Positions 13,136 to 26,464 of a DNA stretch of 64,000 nucleotides are shown piece after piece. The stretch is taken from NCBI RefSeq assembly GCF_001194135.2, contig NC_068988.1, positions 27,871,430 to 27,935,429 on the forward strand, in the 5' to 3' direction. The stretch is from Octopus bimaculoides. Its lineage: Eukaryota. A program made the position numbers and the translations under genes. Numbering within the stretch: position 1 is the stretch's first letter; the number at the start of each line of letters is the position of its first letter. The notes below the pieces were generated by a model. The model was not told the origin of the DNA, did no database searches, and saw only the letters and a list, made by a program, of their open reading frames with translations.

Positions 13136-13257
13136 TTCTGTTTAGATCTTTGTATTTAAATAATTTCTCCATTTCTTTGAAAGATAATCATCATCTGCTT
13201 TGGTTAGGGGGCATGTTTTTCCTAAGTGATTTTTGACAATAATATCTTACTTATTAT

Positions 13258-14330
13258 TAAGGCGGAGAGCTGGCATAATCGTTAGCACGCTGGGTGAAAT
13301 GCAAGGCAGTATTTTGTCCATTTATATGTTCTGAGTGCAGATTCTGTTGCAGTTGACTTTGCCTCTCATCCTTTAGAGATTGATAAAATAAGTACCAGTT
13401 GGAGACTGGGGGTTGATGTAATCGACTTGCCCCTCTGCCAAAATTTATATTTGGCTTATTATTGTTTGTCATGCTGGCAGAATCATTAGCACGTTGGACA
13501 AAATGCTAAACAGCATTTCTTGTGGCTCTTTACATTCTGACTCGAATGCTATCGAGGCTAGCTTTGCCTTTCATCATTTTGGGATCAATAAAATAAGTTC
13601 CAACAGAGCATTGGGGCCAATCTAGTCAGCCAAATTTCAGGCCCCTGTCTATAGTAGAAAGAATTCTTATTATTATCATTATTATGATGGTAAAGTCATT
13701 AGTAGTTTGGACAAAATGTTTTGTGGTATTTCTTCCAGATTTTTAAAGTTCTGAGCTCAAATACTGCTGAGGTTGAGTTTGTCTTTCATCCTTTTGGGGT
13801 AAATAAAAGAGCACTGGGGAAATCTAAATGATTTCCACCTGCCCTCAAAATTGCTGGCCTTGTGCTAAAATTAGAAATTATTATTATTATGGCAAACTGG
13901 TAGAGGTGTAAGCACACGTTGGGGAAAATGCTTAGCAGCATTTCATTCATCTTAAGGTTCTGAGTTCAAATTCCACTGAAGTTGACTTTACCTTTCATCC
14001 TTTTGGGGTCGATGAAATAAGTACTGGAATTGAAGTAATCGACTATCCCTTGTGCCTATAGTAGAAAGGATTATTATTATTATTATTATTATTATTGTTG
14101 TTGTAAGGCAGTGAGTTGGCTGAATTGTTAGCACACCGGGATAAATGCTTAGAAGCATTTCATCTGTCTTTACATTCTGAGTTCAAATTCTGCTGAGGTT
14201 GACTTTGCCTTTCATTCTTCCAGGGGGTTGATAAAAGAAGTACCAGTCAAAAATACTGGGGGTCAATGTAATTAACTAGTCCCCTCCCCCTAAATTTCAG
14301 GCCTTGTGCCTCTAGTAAAATGGACTACTA
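13258..14330 (+). mobile_element. Head-to-tail array of five tRNA-derived SINEs (family B, GGCGGCGAGCTGGCAGAATCGTTAGC head) separated by (TTA)n
   Basis: Copies start at about 13258, 13472, 13688, 13890 and 14105; each has a GTTCAAATT.C-type B-box region and an ATT tail. Confidence 0.85.
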
Positions 14331-14361
<31 letters not shown>

Positions 14362-16003
14362 TTAAGGGAATTGCAACCTTTTTTTTTATATATTGTTAAC
14401 TGGTTGTTGGTCTTATTCACATTGGTCATTAGATAAACACTTCATAACTCAAGTAATTTTTGTGTCCCTTTAAAGCGTGGTTTTATTGCAAAACAACTAT
14501 TTACACTGAAATAAGATGTAATTACATATTTATTATCAACAGCTCATATTTCTGGCTGAAATAACTGTAGTAACATGCATTCATCTCTTTATCTATTTTA
14601 TCTCTTTATCTCTCATCAAAAATTCTACATCAGATATTTTCATAAATGTTTGTTGAGTTCTTATTGATTTTAGAGAGAAAAAAAAATTGGCAACTCTGAA
14701 GACTCTAGTTACAGACCATCGTCAGAGAGAACCATTAATCTATTGGTTGTTGGGATACTGCTGAAGAACTGGTGTATTCATTCAGTAAGGGTGCTTTATA
14801 CGATTGCTTGATTTGCTAGAAACAACAACCAAATCTCCCTTAGATTACTCTTAACTTGTGAAATGCATTGGATAAGATAATCAGAAATAATACAATGGTT
14901 GAGAAAATGTGTGGTCATGGCTAGAACGTCTTTAATTATAAGTCTACTCAATCAGGGATGTCCTAATTATAAGCGGCATCAATTAGAGTGGCTTACCATT
15001 ACCATTTTTGAATGTTCTTATCAGTTATATAGAGTTATCACTATTTGAAGTGACAACATGTTCCTACCTTGTGTTTCTTGTTTACAACTAGGTCGATTTG
15101 GTCTGTTTAGTGATCAGAATCCTTGTCACAGACAGAACGCAATGCTTGGCTTGACAGCACTTTATAAACTGTGCTCTTTTGGTTAGTTTTTGTCAACTGT
15201 GTCCAGTCATCTTTGACTTAGACTCGAATCTGTCTCAAGTCCTAGGACACATAAAACTGGACCTTAACCTGGCTTCCATGGTATATAAGTGACTAAGATT
15301 ATAACACTTACTCTTCCTGAACAGGACACTGGTCTGTTGTAGTGTTAACTTTCTGGTTATAGCTGTAACTTATTTTCAGCTGAGTGAACTAGAGTAATAA
15401 TGCAACACCCTGCCTAGTCTTGGAATCAAAGCTACAATCTTGCAATCAAGAGTTGCTACTAATCACGAGGGTATGCATCGTCGCGTCTAAGTACTTTATT
15501 CCTGAAGAAAGGGAGAGGGTAACAGCTATTGAAATAACTTGGACTATGGGTGTGTTTGATCGGTGCTGACCTGAAAGTTAATTTATGAACAAGGCCAGTT
15601 ACTTTCAGGAAATTGAAACCATGATCTTACGACCACAAGTACAACCCTAACCACTAGGCCATGTTCATTCATGATCCGACTGTTGGATTTGTTAGTAACT
15701 ATTTTGAGTTTGGCCTCTTTGAAGTACAGATGATATTTTACTTTCACTCATCGACAATATTTCTAAAAATACAGAACATTTAATGACTTTTAATACTTGT
15801 AATTAATAATTAATTCCAACTAAATGCATGCTTTTTGTAAATGATCACATAAAAGCCTCTATATTTATGATGATGTATGACCTTTATCAAAGAGGTTTTC
15901 TCTTTTTTTCCCTTCCATTGAAGACAGGAGGTTGTTTTGAAATGCTTCATTTCATTTATAAGTCCATTCTTCAAATAAATCAATTTATGTTACAATGGCT
16001 AAA

Positions 16004-16040
<37 letters not shown>

Positions 16041-16767
16041 GCACCCCATTCCCACATGCAGTTGTAGTAATGTTATTTTCTGTAAATTCAATACAGATTT
16101 GTTATCTTTTTTTTTTAATCTTTTACTTGTTTGAATTGTTGGACTGTGGCCATGCTACAGCACTGCATTCAAAGATTTAATCAAACAAATCAACCCCAGA
16201 ACCTATTTTTGAAATTTGGTGCTTATTCTGCTGACCTCTTTTGCCAACCAATAAGTCATAGGACCTTAAACAAACAAACACCAGTTGTTAAATGGTGATA
16301 GGGGACAGGCACACACAGACGTGTGTGTGTTTGACCCTCCTCTATCTCTTCACAAGCTATCAGTTTGTTTATGCTCCCCTAACTTAGAAGTTCTGATGGA
16401 ATAAGTACCAGGCTTGAAAAATAATTACCTGGGTAGATTTGTTCGACTACCCCCTATAAAGTAGTGTCCCAGTATGGCTGCAGTCCGATGACTGGAACAA
16501 AAAATAAAAATTTTTTTAATATTTCTACTTTGATACTATTTATACCTTCCACAAATTTAACAGTTTTGTAAGTCTGTCGAGCATTTAGTGAAATATTGTT
16601 TGACCCATAATTAATGTTGTGGTTGACTTTGCATGGGTTACCTTTTTGCTTTTCTGTTATATTATGACTATATATGGTGGTACAGCCATACATTTTGCAC
16701 CTTTGATTTAAAATGTTAGGTTAAATTCAATTTCTGTCTTAGCTTTTACACTGTTTTCACTATTTAA

Positions 16768-16987
16768 CTCTTTAGCACTCAAATTATTCTGTCAAGTGTA
16801 ACACTTCTTCATTTACATTGTTATGAATTAATGATGCACTACCTCATAGCTTTAGGATTTCAGTGACGTGATTGTTTATTTTTAGAATGACATTGTAGGG
16901 TAAGTATGAGAGGTTTAATGTGGCCAGTTTTAGCATAAAACAGGTTGAATATTTAGGTTAGATATAGTCGGTTGAATTGATAAAGAG
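16768..16987. mobile_element. piggyBac-like MITE (same family)
   Basis: TTAA|CTCTTTAGCACTCAAA ... TTGAATTGATAAAGAG|TTAA. Confidence 0.7.
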
Positions 16988-17362
16988 TTAAGGCAGCATT
17001 ACATTCTATATTATTTTGGGGTCAAAGCCAATAAGTGAAATATAAGACTATCTCTTAGCATTGTTCCTTAAGTGAAATCTCACCCCAAAAATAGTTTCTT
17101 AGCTTAATTAAAGTTTTATATTTCTAAGATGTTTCTCAGCAGCGACCCTTTGTAATTTTGATACTTCATTAGCTTTAAGCACGTTAATTACTGGAGACCT
17201 ATTTTAATGTTATTAGCTATTTCTATAAGAAGTTATTTAAAATGTTATTGTTATTTAATTAATTCTTAAATGGTAATTGTATATAACTACGGTAAAAGTA
17301 TTTATCGTTGTTGTTATGCACATTTAACATTCAAATTGTTTTAGCAGTTGAACATCTGAACG

Positions 17363-17363
<1 letters not shown>

Positions 17364-17423
<60 letters not shown>
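17364..17423. repeat. (CA)n microsatellite
   Basis: Direct reading. Similar tracts at 20700-20738, 27659-27739, 34712-34780, 42086-42150, 43555-43622 and 58470-58545. Confidence 0.97.
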
Positions 17424-17425
<2 letters not shown>

Positions 17426-18121
17426 TACTATTTGCTTGTTGGTAGGATCAGCAAAAAAGAACTCTATCCAGCAAGAGATAAGTATCATTTAATTAATACA
17501 GGAGTCATATGTGAGCCACTTTGAGTTTCATGTTCGGTTAGTGCAGTTATCAGACAAGCTCGCAGAATATACTGTAGATGACTTGGCAAGTGTTCAGGCT
17601 CGAATGACATGGTTACTCTATGAGAAAATATGAGAAAAAGTAAGAATAAATAATGAGAAAAGAAACAAGAGGAAAATGTAAAGGGAAAGGGGGATAAAGG
17701 TTACATCTCTTTAACCTATCAAATGAAGAGTGCTCTTAATGTTGAGTGTTTATATCTGAAAGAAATTGCCGAGTGGGGTGTAGTTGAATGAGGGGAAAGG
17801 TTAAAGTGCTTTAAACTGTGTCTGATTTAACAAAAACTTATCAAAATGTAGACATCTTGTAAAAACTCCCAACTCAAGTTTAGGACAGTACAGCTCTTCA
17901 ATCTTATAAGGACGAGTGTTCTTTCTACTGTACATTTAGCAGATTCTTGATCCATTAATGTATAGCGTAACTCTGTATGTTGAGGTTGGTGACTGGTAAA
18001 GTCAGTACTTCATTCTAGATTCAGATTTATGAATCAGCTGGGATATTATATAAGAAGCTAGACTGCTGCTGATAACTTAGCATTTCATCTCTAAAATCTT
18101 ACTTGACATATTACTACTTAT

Positions 18122-18520
18122 TTAAGCCCTTCACTAACAATGGAGCATAGGCTGTCAACAGCTTTTATCCACTGTTCTCGGCTCTGGGCTGTGTTTTTTG
18201 CATTTCTCCAGTTGGATCCTTGCTTTTTCAGCTCTACTACTTGTATTGTCCTTCCCATTTCATCCCTAAGGGAAAGCTTTCCTCTCCTACGTCTTGTTGG
18301 TTCCGAATTGTCATCAATGCTTCTGTAATTTTGTTTTTTTTCTAGGTAGAGTAGTTGGTCCTATGTAAACCTATTTTCACTTTTGAGAAGAGGTGATTCA
18401 CTTTAGTCTGGCCTCTATCTTTTGACCTGTTCAGCATAGGAGGGAAGCTCTACCAGGAGTTGCACTCCACTGGCATAGCTTTCAGTGTTAGAGGCACATG
18501 AACCTATCCCACAACAAGAA
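18122..18520 (-). mobile_element. Bipartite non-autonomous RTE derivative (5' UTR joined to 3' end), copy 1
   Basis: RTE-type 5' UTR motif (GAGCTATGCCAGTGGAG...GGACAGGTCAAA family consensus) joined to an RTE-like C-terminal remnant (AQSREQWIKAVDSLCS). Confidence 0.65.
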
Positions 18521-20699
18521 CTGGATTTTGTAATGTTTTGCTTTGTGTGGTCTTGATTATTAGTGGATATTTTCCCCAGAAATTTAGCACAAATGAACTC
18601 GAAAGCCTGTCTTCAGAAATATGCCAGTGCAAACAGCAATAATAATATAGTGTAGTTGTAGCCTAACTAAAATATTTATAATGAGTCATTTATTTCTGTT
18701 CCAGGATGTTTATCAACATCCCTTCTAACTATAAAAAAAAAATATGTGTACAGCTGCACAGCATTTTTTTAAAAATTGGTTTTAAGAGTAACAAGATCAT
18801 CAGAACCTCAGTATGCCATACCATATACTCCAATATATCCTGATTTAGTAAACCAACTAGAATTAGAAATGAAAGGGTTGACCTTCATGCATTTTGTTTT
18901 TCTTATTTTAGAATTAAGAAAACTATGATAAATCTAAACAATTTGTTTACTAAATATTTTACTTTTTACTGGTATTTTAGTAACTGTGCAAAAACAAGCT
19001 TTGCTGCTGGGTGGGGTAGTAGGGTGTCGGCTGATGAGCTGATAGTTTGTTTGTATCTGTTATCATAACTGTGTTGTGTCTTCTGAAAAATACCCTTATC
19101 TCTCCAAACATCAAGTCTACTTCACTGTAAATAGGTACCATGGAAGAATATAGCTCACTGTTGTTGGCTGGAGAAGTACTCTGTAATTTAATGAATCTTT
19201 TTATGTGTTTATATACATATTGCTTGGGTTAAAAACTATCATTAACGTCCTACTCATGGTAAGCTGCTAAATATCTCTCATACATTGATACCTAGGATAT
19301 CTCTTGAGCCACATATTTCAAATATGTTTCAATTATGACAGTAGATAACACTGAAAACTAACATATATACAAAAATGTGACTAAATCCAAGAATCCTTAG
19401 TTATCATTGTGATTTGATGACTAATTTACCAATTACTAATTTACGTAACAAAAAAAAAAATTGGTTAACTAATGATGCCAGCTGATGACTTGGGTGTAGC
19501 AATTTTTAACCAAAATAATTGTATGTCTAGTAGACAATTGTTGTTTATATTAATGCTGAATATGTTTGTGATTATAATTTAAAATGATTATTTGAACATT
19601 AACGAAAGTAATTATATGATAATTACTAACTCAATTGTTAAGTTATTAGTGGGATGGTAAAATGCTATCTGCTTGGGAACTATTTAGAAATAATGAACTG
19701 ATGTTGTGAAAAATAATAAATATTATAGAGAATATCAAATCATTTAAAAAAAACATTGATAAATTTGATCTTTTCCATAAATATATAACAGTATATTCTG
19801 TTTGTTAAGCACATTGACACATGTGCCATCAAACATGATGGGTTGTCCACTGAGCAGTTTAATGGACATGGTCATCACCATCCTCAATTAATGCCCACTT
19901 TCCCATGTTTGCATGGGTCAAATTTTCCAGTGACTGGATGCTCTTCTTGTTGCCAACCTTCACTTGTTTCCAGGCAAGATATTTCCCATGGCCAGGCGTG
20001 TTTTACATGGAAGCCTGAAATAAACAACATTGCTTGTATGATAGCAATGTTCATTTACAACCAGCACGTGATGTGTTGGCAAGAGCACACACACACACAC
20101 ACACACACACACATTATACAAAAGAATTTCATATGGCTGATTGGTAAAGACTCTGGAATACACTCCAATCTTTAGTTGTTTATAGATATGCTATCACAAT
20201 TGGAATTTCATTTTTTTTTTTTTTTGTTTTTATTATAATCTCATCTCAGTTCTGAATATGAGTTCAGTCCATATTCAAAGACATTCCAACCATGATCATC
20301 TTTTCTTCTCGGACATTGTGTATTCAGAAGGAAATTAATTAGTGTGCTCTTTTTTTTTCCTTTTTCAAGGTAAAAGGATTAAAGTTTAGAGATTTGACTA
20401 CTGCTATTTCTAGCAGGTTGAACAACCACGCTGACACACACACACACGCACACACGCACGCACACTAAGGGTTTCTGTACAGTTTTTATCTATCAAATAT
20501 TATTGGCAAGGTATTTATCAACCTGAGTATTTAAATAAAACATTTTATATGAAATAGTTATTGGAGCCTTGTTCTCAGAATTTCTATTCTTGTCAGATAT
20601 TTTCACTATTTTAAAAACTCTATTAATTCAACATGGTTCCATTTAGCTGATTAAAGGGACAAAACAAAGTTCTATTTATATTTTGAATTATTGATTTAT

Positions 20700-20739
<40 letters not shown>

Positions 20740-22098
20740 CCTGATTAATGTGATTGAACCCTTCATTCGTTTACTATTCTAGTACTAGAATATGACCGGG
20801 TCAAAGAAGACTCCTATTTGAGTACTACTCACATCTATGAGTGCTACTCGCGTGTATGAGTTGCTTCTATTACACATACACATTCACTCACACAGATAAC
20901 TTAGACTGCAGCTGAATGGAATGTCTTTTGGCTAATTTGCGATTATTCACTAACGTGTTGTGATTACAAGTTTGCAGATGTTGATTTCCTCTCTCTGTCT
21001 CATCTATTGCTGTTATAATTACCTCAGCCCTTTCGAATTAATGAGGTTCAGGTGTGGTTGTGTGCTTTAGAAGTTTGCTTCCCAACCACATGGTTTTAGG
21101 TTCAGTCCTGCTGCATGGCACCTTGGGTAAGTGCTACAACCCCAAGAAAACCAAAGCCTTGTGAGTGGATTTGGTAGACGAAAATTGAAAGAAGCCAATC
21201 GTATGTGTATATATATAATATATACATATATGTGTATGTTTGTCTTGATATTGTATAATAGTTGTAAATGATTGTCACTGTCATACAAGCAGCATTGTTC
21301 ATTTCCAATATTCTACAAAAACATATCTTAGAAACAGGTGAGAGTTGGCAGCGGGAAGGTCATCCACCTGTAGAAAATCTACCTCAATAGTCTCTGTTTG
21401 AGCCATGCAAGTATAGAAAAGTGGATATTAACACTACGGTGATGACATGTGTGTCCAGACCTCATCCAGTATAGCTTTACGCTTGTAAGATGACAAGATA
21501 TGATTTTAGGGTAATTTCATTGTTAATTTTAACAAGTTGAGTAACCTCATAGAGATTCCCTTGTTGTATTTGTTACCATTTGTTTCTTTTTTTTTTTTTT
21601 TTTTTTTTTTTTGGCATAATGTATCTAGGATTGCATATCAGATGTGTTCATTTTTAGGAACACATTTGATATGAGCAAGCTTTGCTTGTTATTTATAATA
21701 AGTCAAGCAACAACATAGAGGCTTCTCACCTGCTGTATGTAAAAGTAGTGAAAAGATGTCTAGCAAATCCAATATCTATCTTTGTTCAATGAATTCTGTG
21801 TCATATAATAGAATTTTCTGAAATATAAGGAACTAATAAATATTTCCAAGATAACATTCTGATCTTGTTATTGTTGTTTTGATATTTATAGAACCATTTG
21901 CATTCTAACAGCTTTCTAAAACAAACTTGTTTCTATTTATAATACATTTATACTATATTATGTACGTATATTATGTATGTATGTTTATCAATGAGTTGAG
22001 TATTCTGTTTGTATACAATGAACCAAATTTTGTATTCATAGCTTTTGTTTTGTTGTTCTCATTCACTTTCACCCCGTTCTTTGAAATTCTTTTGTTAT

Positions 22099-22475
22099 TA
22101 CCTCCACCTTAGCAAAGGTGGAGGTATTGTTTCAGTTGTGTTTGTTTGTTTGTCCGTGGACAAGATATTTCAAGAACCGCTGAATGGATTTGGATGAAAC
22201 TTTATGGGATGTTTGGCCTCGTGACTAGCGCGAACTGGTTAGATTTTGGGATCAATCCAGTACTGAACAAGGATTCTGCATTATTTTTCCGTTTTTTTTA
22301 TGTTTTACTATTTAATTTTTGAGAGTGGTCGAGTTCATTTTTAGTATTCTCATTTGTGAGAGCAGTCAAGTTTATTTCAGATATTCCCATTTTAAAAATC
22401 GTCTTTGGCTAATCATTGAGAGGATGTTGGTGTTGCCTTGGCGGAGGTTTGCGCTCTCTGAGTGCTGCTCTTATT
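22099..22475 (+). mobile_element. Non-autonomous Helentron (HINE/DINE-1-like architecture)
   Basis: 5' hairpin ACCTCCACCTT-agca-AAGGTGGAGGT; 3' subterminal inverted repeat CCTTGGCGGAGGT followed by the hairpin GCGCTC-tct-GAGTGC; T-rich flanks; no TSD. Confidence 0.75.
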
Positions 22476-23715
22476 TCAGATTTTTTTTTGTATGTTGCTT
22501 TTTACTTGTTCCAGTCATTGGACTGTGACCATGCTGGCCCATCATCTTGAAGGGTTTCAGCCAAACAAATCAACCCCAATTTTATGTCTGGTACTTATTC
22601 TGTTGGTTTTTCTTGCTGAATTGTTAAGTTACAAGGACATTAACAAACCAATGCTGGTTGTCAAGTGGTAGAACTATAAAGACACACACACGACAGGCTT
22701 CTGTACAGTTTCCATCTACTAAATTTACTCGCGAGATATTAATCAGCCCAAAGCTATAGCAGAAGACACTTATCCAAGTTACTATGGAGTGGGACTGAAC
22801 CAAAAATCACATGGTTGCAAGGCAAGCTTGTTAACCACATAGCTATGCCTACGCCTAATTTTGCAAATGCTTTTAATGATTCCTAATTTATAGAATTACT
22901 TCCAGAGATGTGATGCAGTGTGTGTGTGTGTGTGTGTGTTAGATAAAATTGATTTTTACCAAACAGCTGTCTTGTTTCATAGATAGCTTTTTCAGAGAGC
23001 AGAATAAGAAGAAGAAAAAAACAACAATTTATAGATAGCCAAAGAAAATAATGATAAAAAAAAAAACTAAGAAAAACCTCTCAAATATTTGTGAGAATAT
23101 TCATACATGAAGTACATATTTAGTTGCTTATATATGTGTATATAAGAGGTGTGTATACATTTCATCTTAGCTTTACTATTAGATCAAGCTACATGCGATT
23201 GACCCACATTGCATAATCAATTATTATTATTAAGGCGGTGATCTGACAGAATCGTTAGCCCGCCAGGTAAAATGCTTAGCGGCATTTTGTCTCTCTTTAC
23301 TTTGCCTTTCATTCTTTTGGAGTTGATTAAATAAGTACCAGTTACGTACTGGGGTTGAGGTAATCAACTTACCCCCTCCCCCAAATTTCAGACTTTGTGC
23401 TTATAATAGAAAGGATTATCATTATTATTATTATTATCATCATCCTTTACTTTATTCAACTCTTACCATTAATTTTCTAATCAATGTTTAGCCTAATACT
23501 TAATCTCAGTTGAACTTCAGGTGAATCTTCTGTTTAGTTCATTTAATCATCTATAACTATTGTATAATAACAAGGCAGTCCATCTATGATCCATCAAAGA
23601 AAAATATTTAAACTCCATGCTCTTAGTATTGATCTCATTTTGATTTATACTAACACTACATCTTATCAAGTTTACTCTGAAAACTATCTCTATTCTTTAT
23701 CATCATCATCATCAT

Positions 23716-24045
23716 CAGTGGTTCTCAACTAGAGTCTGTATGACCTCTGGGGATCCAGATGAGATTCAGGGGTGAAGGGGATTGGTCCACACATGCAAAA
23801 GAGTAAACTGGAGATCCAGATTTACAGTGGCATTCTATGGGTCCCTGAAACAGCTAAGTTTCTTTCTCTAACGTTTTATAAAGTTCAAACTGCATAAGTT
23901 AATATGCGAAAAACAAAACAGGAATTGTTGAAGAAGTATCTATAAAACTAGTTTTTAAACATCAGATAGCTATGTGGATCCACCAGAATAAAATGGTAAT
24001 CAAAGTGGGGTCCATAGATAGAAAAAAAGGGGCTGAGAACCACTG
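23716..24045. mobile_element. hAT MITE inserted into the (CAT)n end of a SINE
   Basis: TIR CAGTGGTTCTCA/TGAGAACCACTG. Degenerate 8-bp TSD ATCATCAT/GTCACCAT. Confidence 0.8.
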
Positions 24046-24449
24046 GTCACCATTGTTTAATGTCCGCATATCCATGCTTTCATGGGTCAGATGGAACTTG
24101 TTGAGGCAGTTTTTTTTTTTTGCCAGATGCTTTTCTTGTAGCCAACCTGTTTCCAAGGTAATGTTTCCCCATGGCCATACACATTTAGCACAGATAACTG
24201 GAAAAGAACCATCTCATTTGTATGATGATGAAGACATTCATATACAACGATCGGGTGATGTCTAGAGAAGGTTACACACAAACACAATCACTCATATATA
24301 TGCATACATGTATGCATATATATGCATATAGTATATATGATGATGATCATCATTTAATGTCCTCCCCTCCTGACATGAGTTGGACTGTTTGATAGGAGCT
24401 GGCGAGGTAGAAGATTGCACCAAGCTCTACTGATTTACTGGCTCCTATC

Positions 24450-24482
<33 letters not shown>

Positions 24483-24760
24483 ACACCATCATTTAATGTC
24501 CGTTGTCCATTATGGCATGGGTTGGATGGTTTACCAGGGCTGGCAAGCTGGATGCCCTTCCTAATCCCAACCACTCCAAGAGTGTAATGGGTCCTTTTAT
24601 GTGCCAATGACATGGGTGCCATTTGTGTGACACCAGTATCTGCCATGACTACAATTTCACTTGGCTTGATGGGTCTTCTTCTCAAGCATGGCATAATGCC
24701 AAAGGGCTTGGTCATTTGTCATTGCCTCTGTGAGGCCCATATATATATATATATATATAT

Positions 24761-24916
24761 GGGAGAATATACAAATAATAACAGACGAGGACAGGTGGTG
24801 TAAATAACAAAAGTATATATTAGTATGACGCTCGGGAATACGGAAAGTCTTTGACGTTTCGAGCTACGCTCTTCAACAGAAAGAATACGGAGACAAGGAG
24901 AAAAACACGGAGAAAA

Positions 24917-24920
<4 letters not shown>
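24761..24920 (-). mobile_element. About 160-bp CpG-retaining insert between two (TA)n tracts carrying the hammerhead motif; probable Penelope-like terminal-repeat fragment
   Basis: (TA)n on both sides, the hammerhead motif inside, and an internal direct repeat GAATACGGA. Confidence 0.45.
24848..24884 (-). ncRNA. Degenerate minimal type-I hammerhead ribozyme motif (Penelope-like)
   Basis: The minus strand reads TCTTT-CTGTTGA-A-GAGC gta GCTC-GAA-ACGT-C-AAAGA. Stems I and II pair and helix III is the ACGT palindrome. The core has A6>U. Confidence 0.55.
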
Positions 24921-24961
<41 letters not shown>

Positions 24962-26464
24962 CTATACCAATACATTATATTGTCTTTGAGCTTTTGAAGT
25001 TCAATGTTAGTTTATGTATATAATGGTTGGAAAAATAAGGATGCATGAGAATTGAGAGTTGTGTTAGGTTTAAAAAAAGGGTTAAAAGTTTGTGTTAAGC
25101 AGGAAGTGTGTGTAAGGGGAGACAAATGTTTTTAGTTGGAGTTATGAACTCTTTTTCAACAGGAAGTTTATGTCTTTTCCATAATAATCAAACTAATGTT
25201 AAGCTCCCTTTTACTCTCATAATTAGTATGTCTGTATTTAATTCATTAAACTAATAATTGTATTTGAATTCTTTTAACATACTATTTAAGGTAATTATAA
25301 TCATTGCAGCTTAAGCACTTCACTCATGTGCACAACTATACTTAATTTTTTGTGTATTTTTCCTCCTATTTAAATATTTTCCGTCACAAGTATTCGTTAT
25401 TGTGTCCCCCACTACTTTTTTTTTTTTCATTGTTTTTCTTTGCTAGTTATGTATGTTTAATTGTATTCTCTGAAGAACTGTCTGCGAAACAAGACAGCTG
25501 CTTTCTTTGGAAGAGTTGGTTTTATCTAAGACATTTAATAATGTGAATAGAGTTTTACAATAGAATTGGAAACAAATTCTGTGAATACTTGACTTAGTCA
25601 AGATGTCAATAGAGTAAAATAACTCTAGAGAATATACATGTATAGACTAAGTATTTCAGCCCAGAATTGTTTACAGTTCCGTTATAAAATCCTATTCACA
25701 TTCTTAACAATAAGAATTTTAACTTAAGTTTTAGTGGCATATTGATTGATTTCATTTGTGATCTGATTTGCATGTAGACTGGTCAAACAACAGTTTGGCT
25801 GTTTCTATGGCTATCCATATATAACCGGCTTAGTGGTAGTTGCATCTATAAAATAACAGTAAACCCGTTTCTTGTTCTTTCTTCAGAGAGGGTGGCAATA
25901 AAGTAAAGCAACATTACTTTCTCACTCACCAAATCAGTCTGTGTCAGAATTTACGAACAATTCTGTCTGTTTGATATACATTGAGAAGAAAAGTTTGAAA
26001 GAGAAATCAACATTAGGGTTGAAATAATTGGTGTGTATGTGTGTAAATTCAATTAGTGAAGACATGGATGTGTTGTTAAAAAACTTGCTTCAATGTTAGG
26101 TCTTACAAATAGTCATTTTCTTCTAAGATAATCTCTTTCACTATGAATTTCCAATGGTTGATTTCCTCTATAGTACTGTAGCCTTACCAACTCATGTTCT
26201 CTTGTATTAAACATAACTCTCTAGCTGCTGTTCACATGTAAAGATCATAGCCATGGAGTGCAGTAGATAAGCAAAATTATCAGAGCATTGAACAAAATGC
26301 CTTGTACTTAGTTTTAAACCTTTACATTCTGGGTTCAAATCCCACCAATAGTAGCTTTGCCTTTTATTCTACTATGATTCAGAAAATAAAGTACAAGTAC
26401 TAGGGTTGATACAACTGACTGTATCCCAGTATACCCAGGTATATATTCAAGTGTATACCCATCT

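Noticed and set aside
25887-26030. Very strong pyrimidine-rich acceptor TTCTTGTTCTTTCTTCAG
   Set aside because: All frames close quickly and there is no convincing donor.
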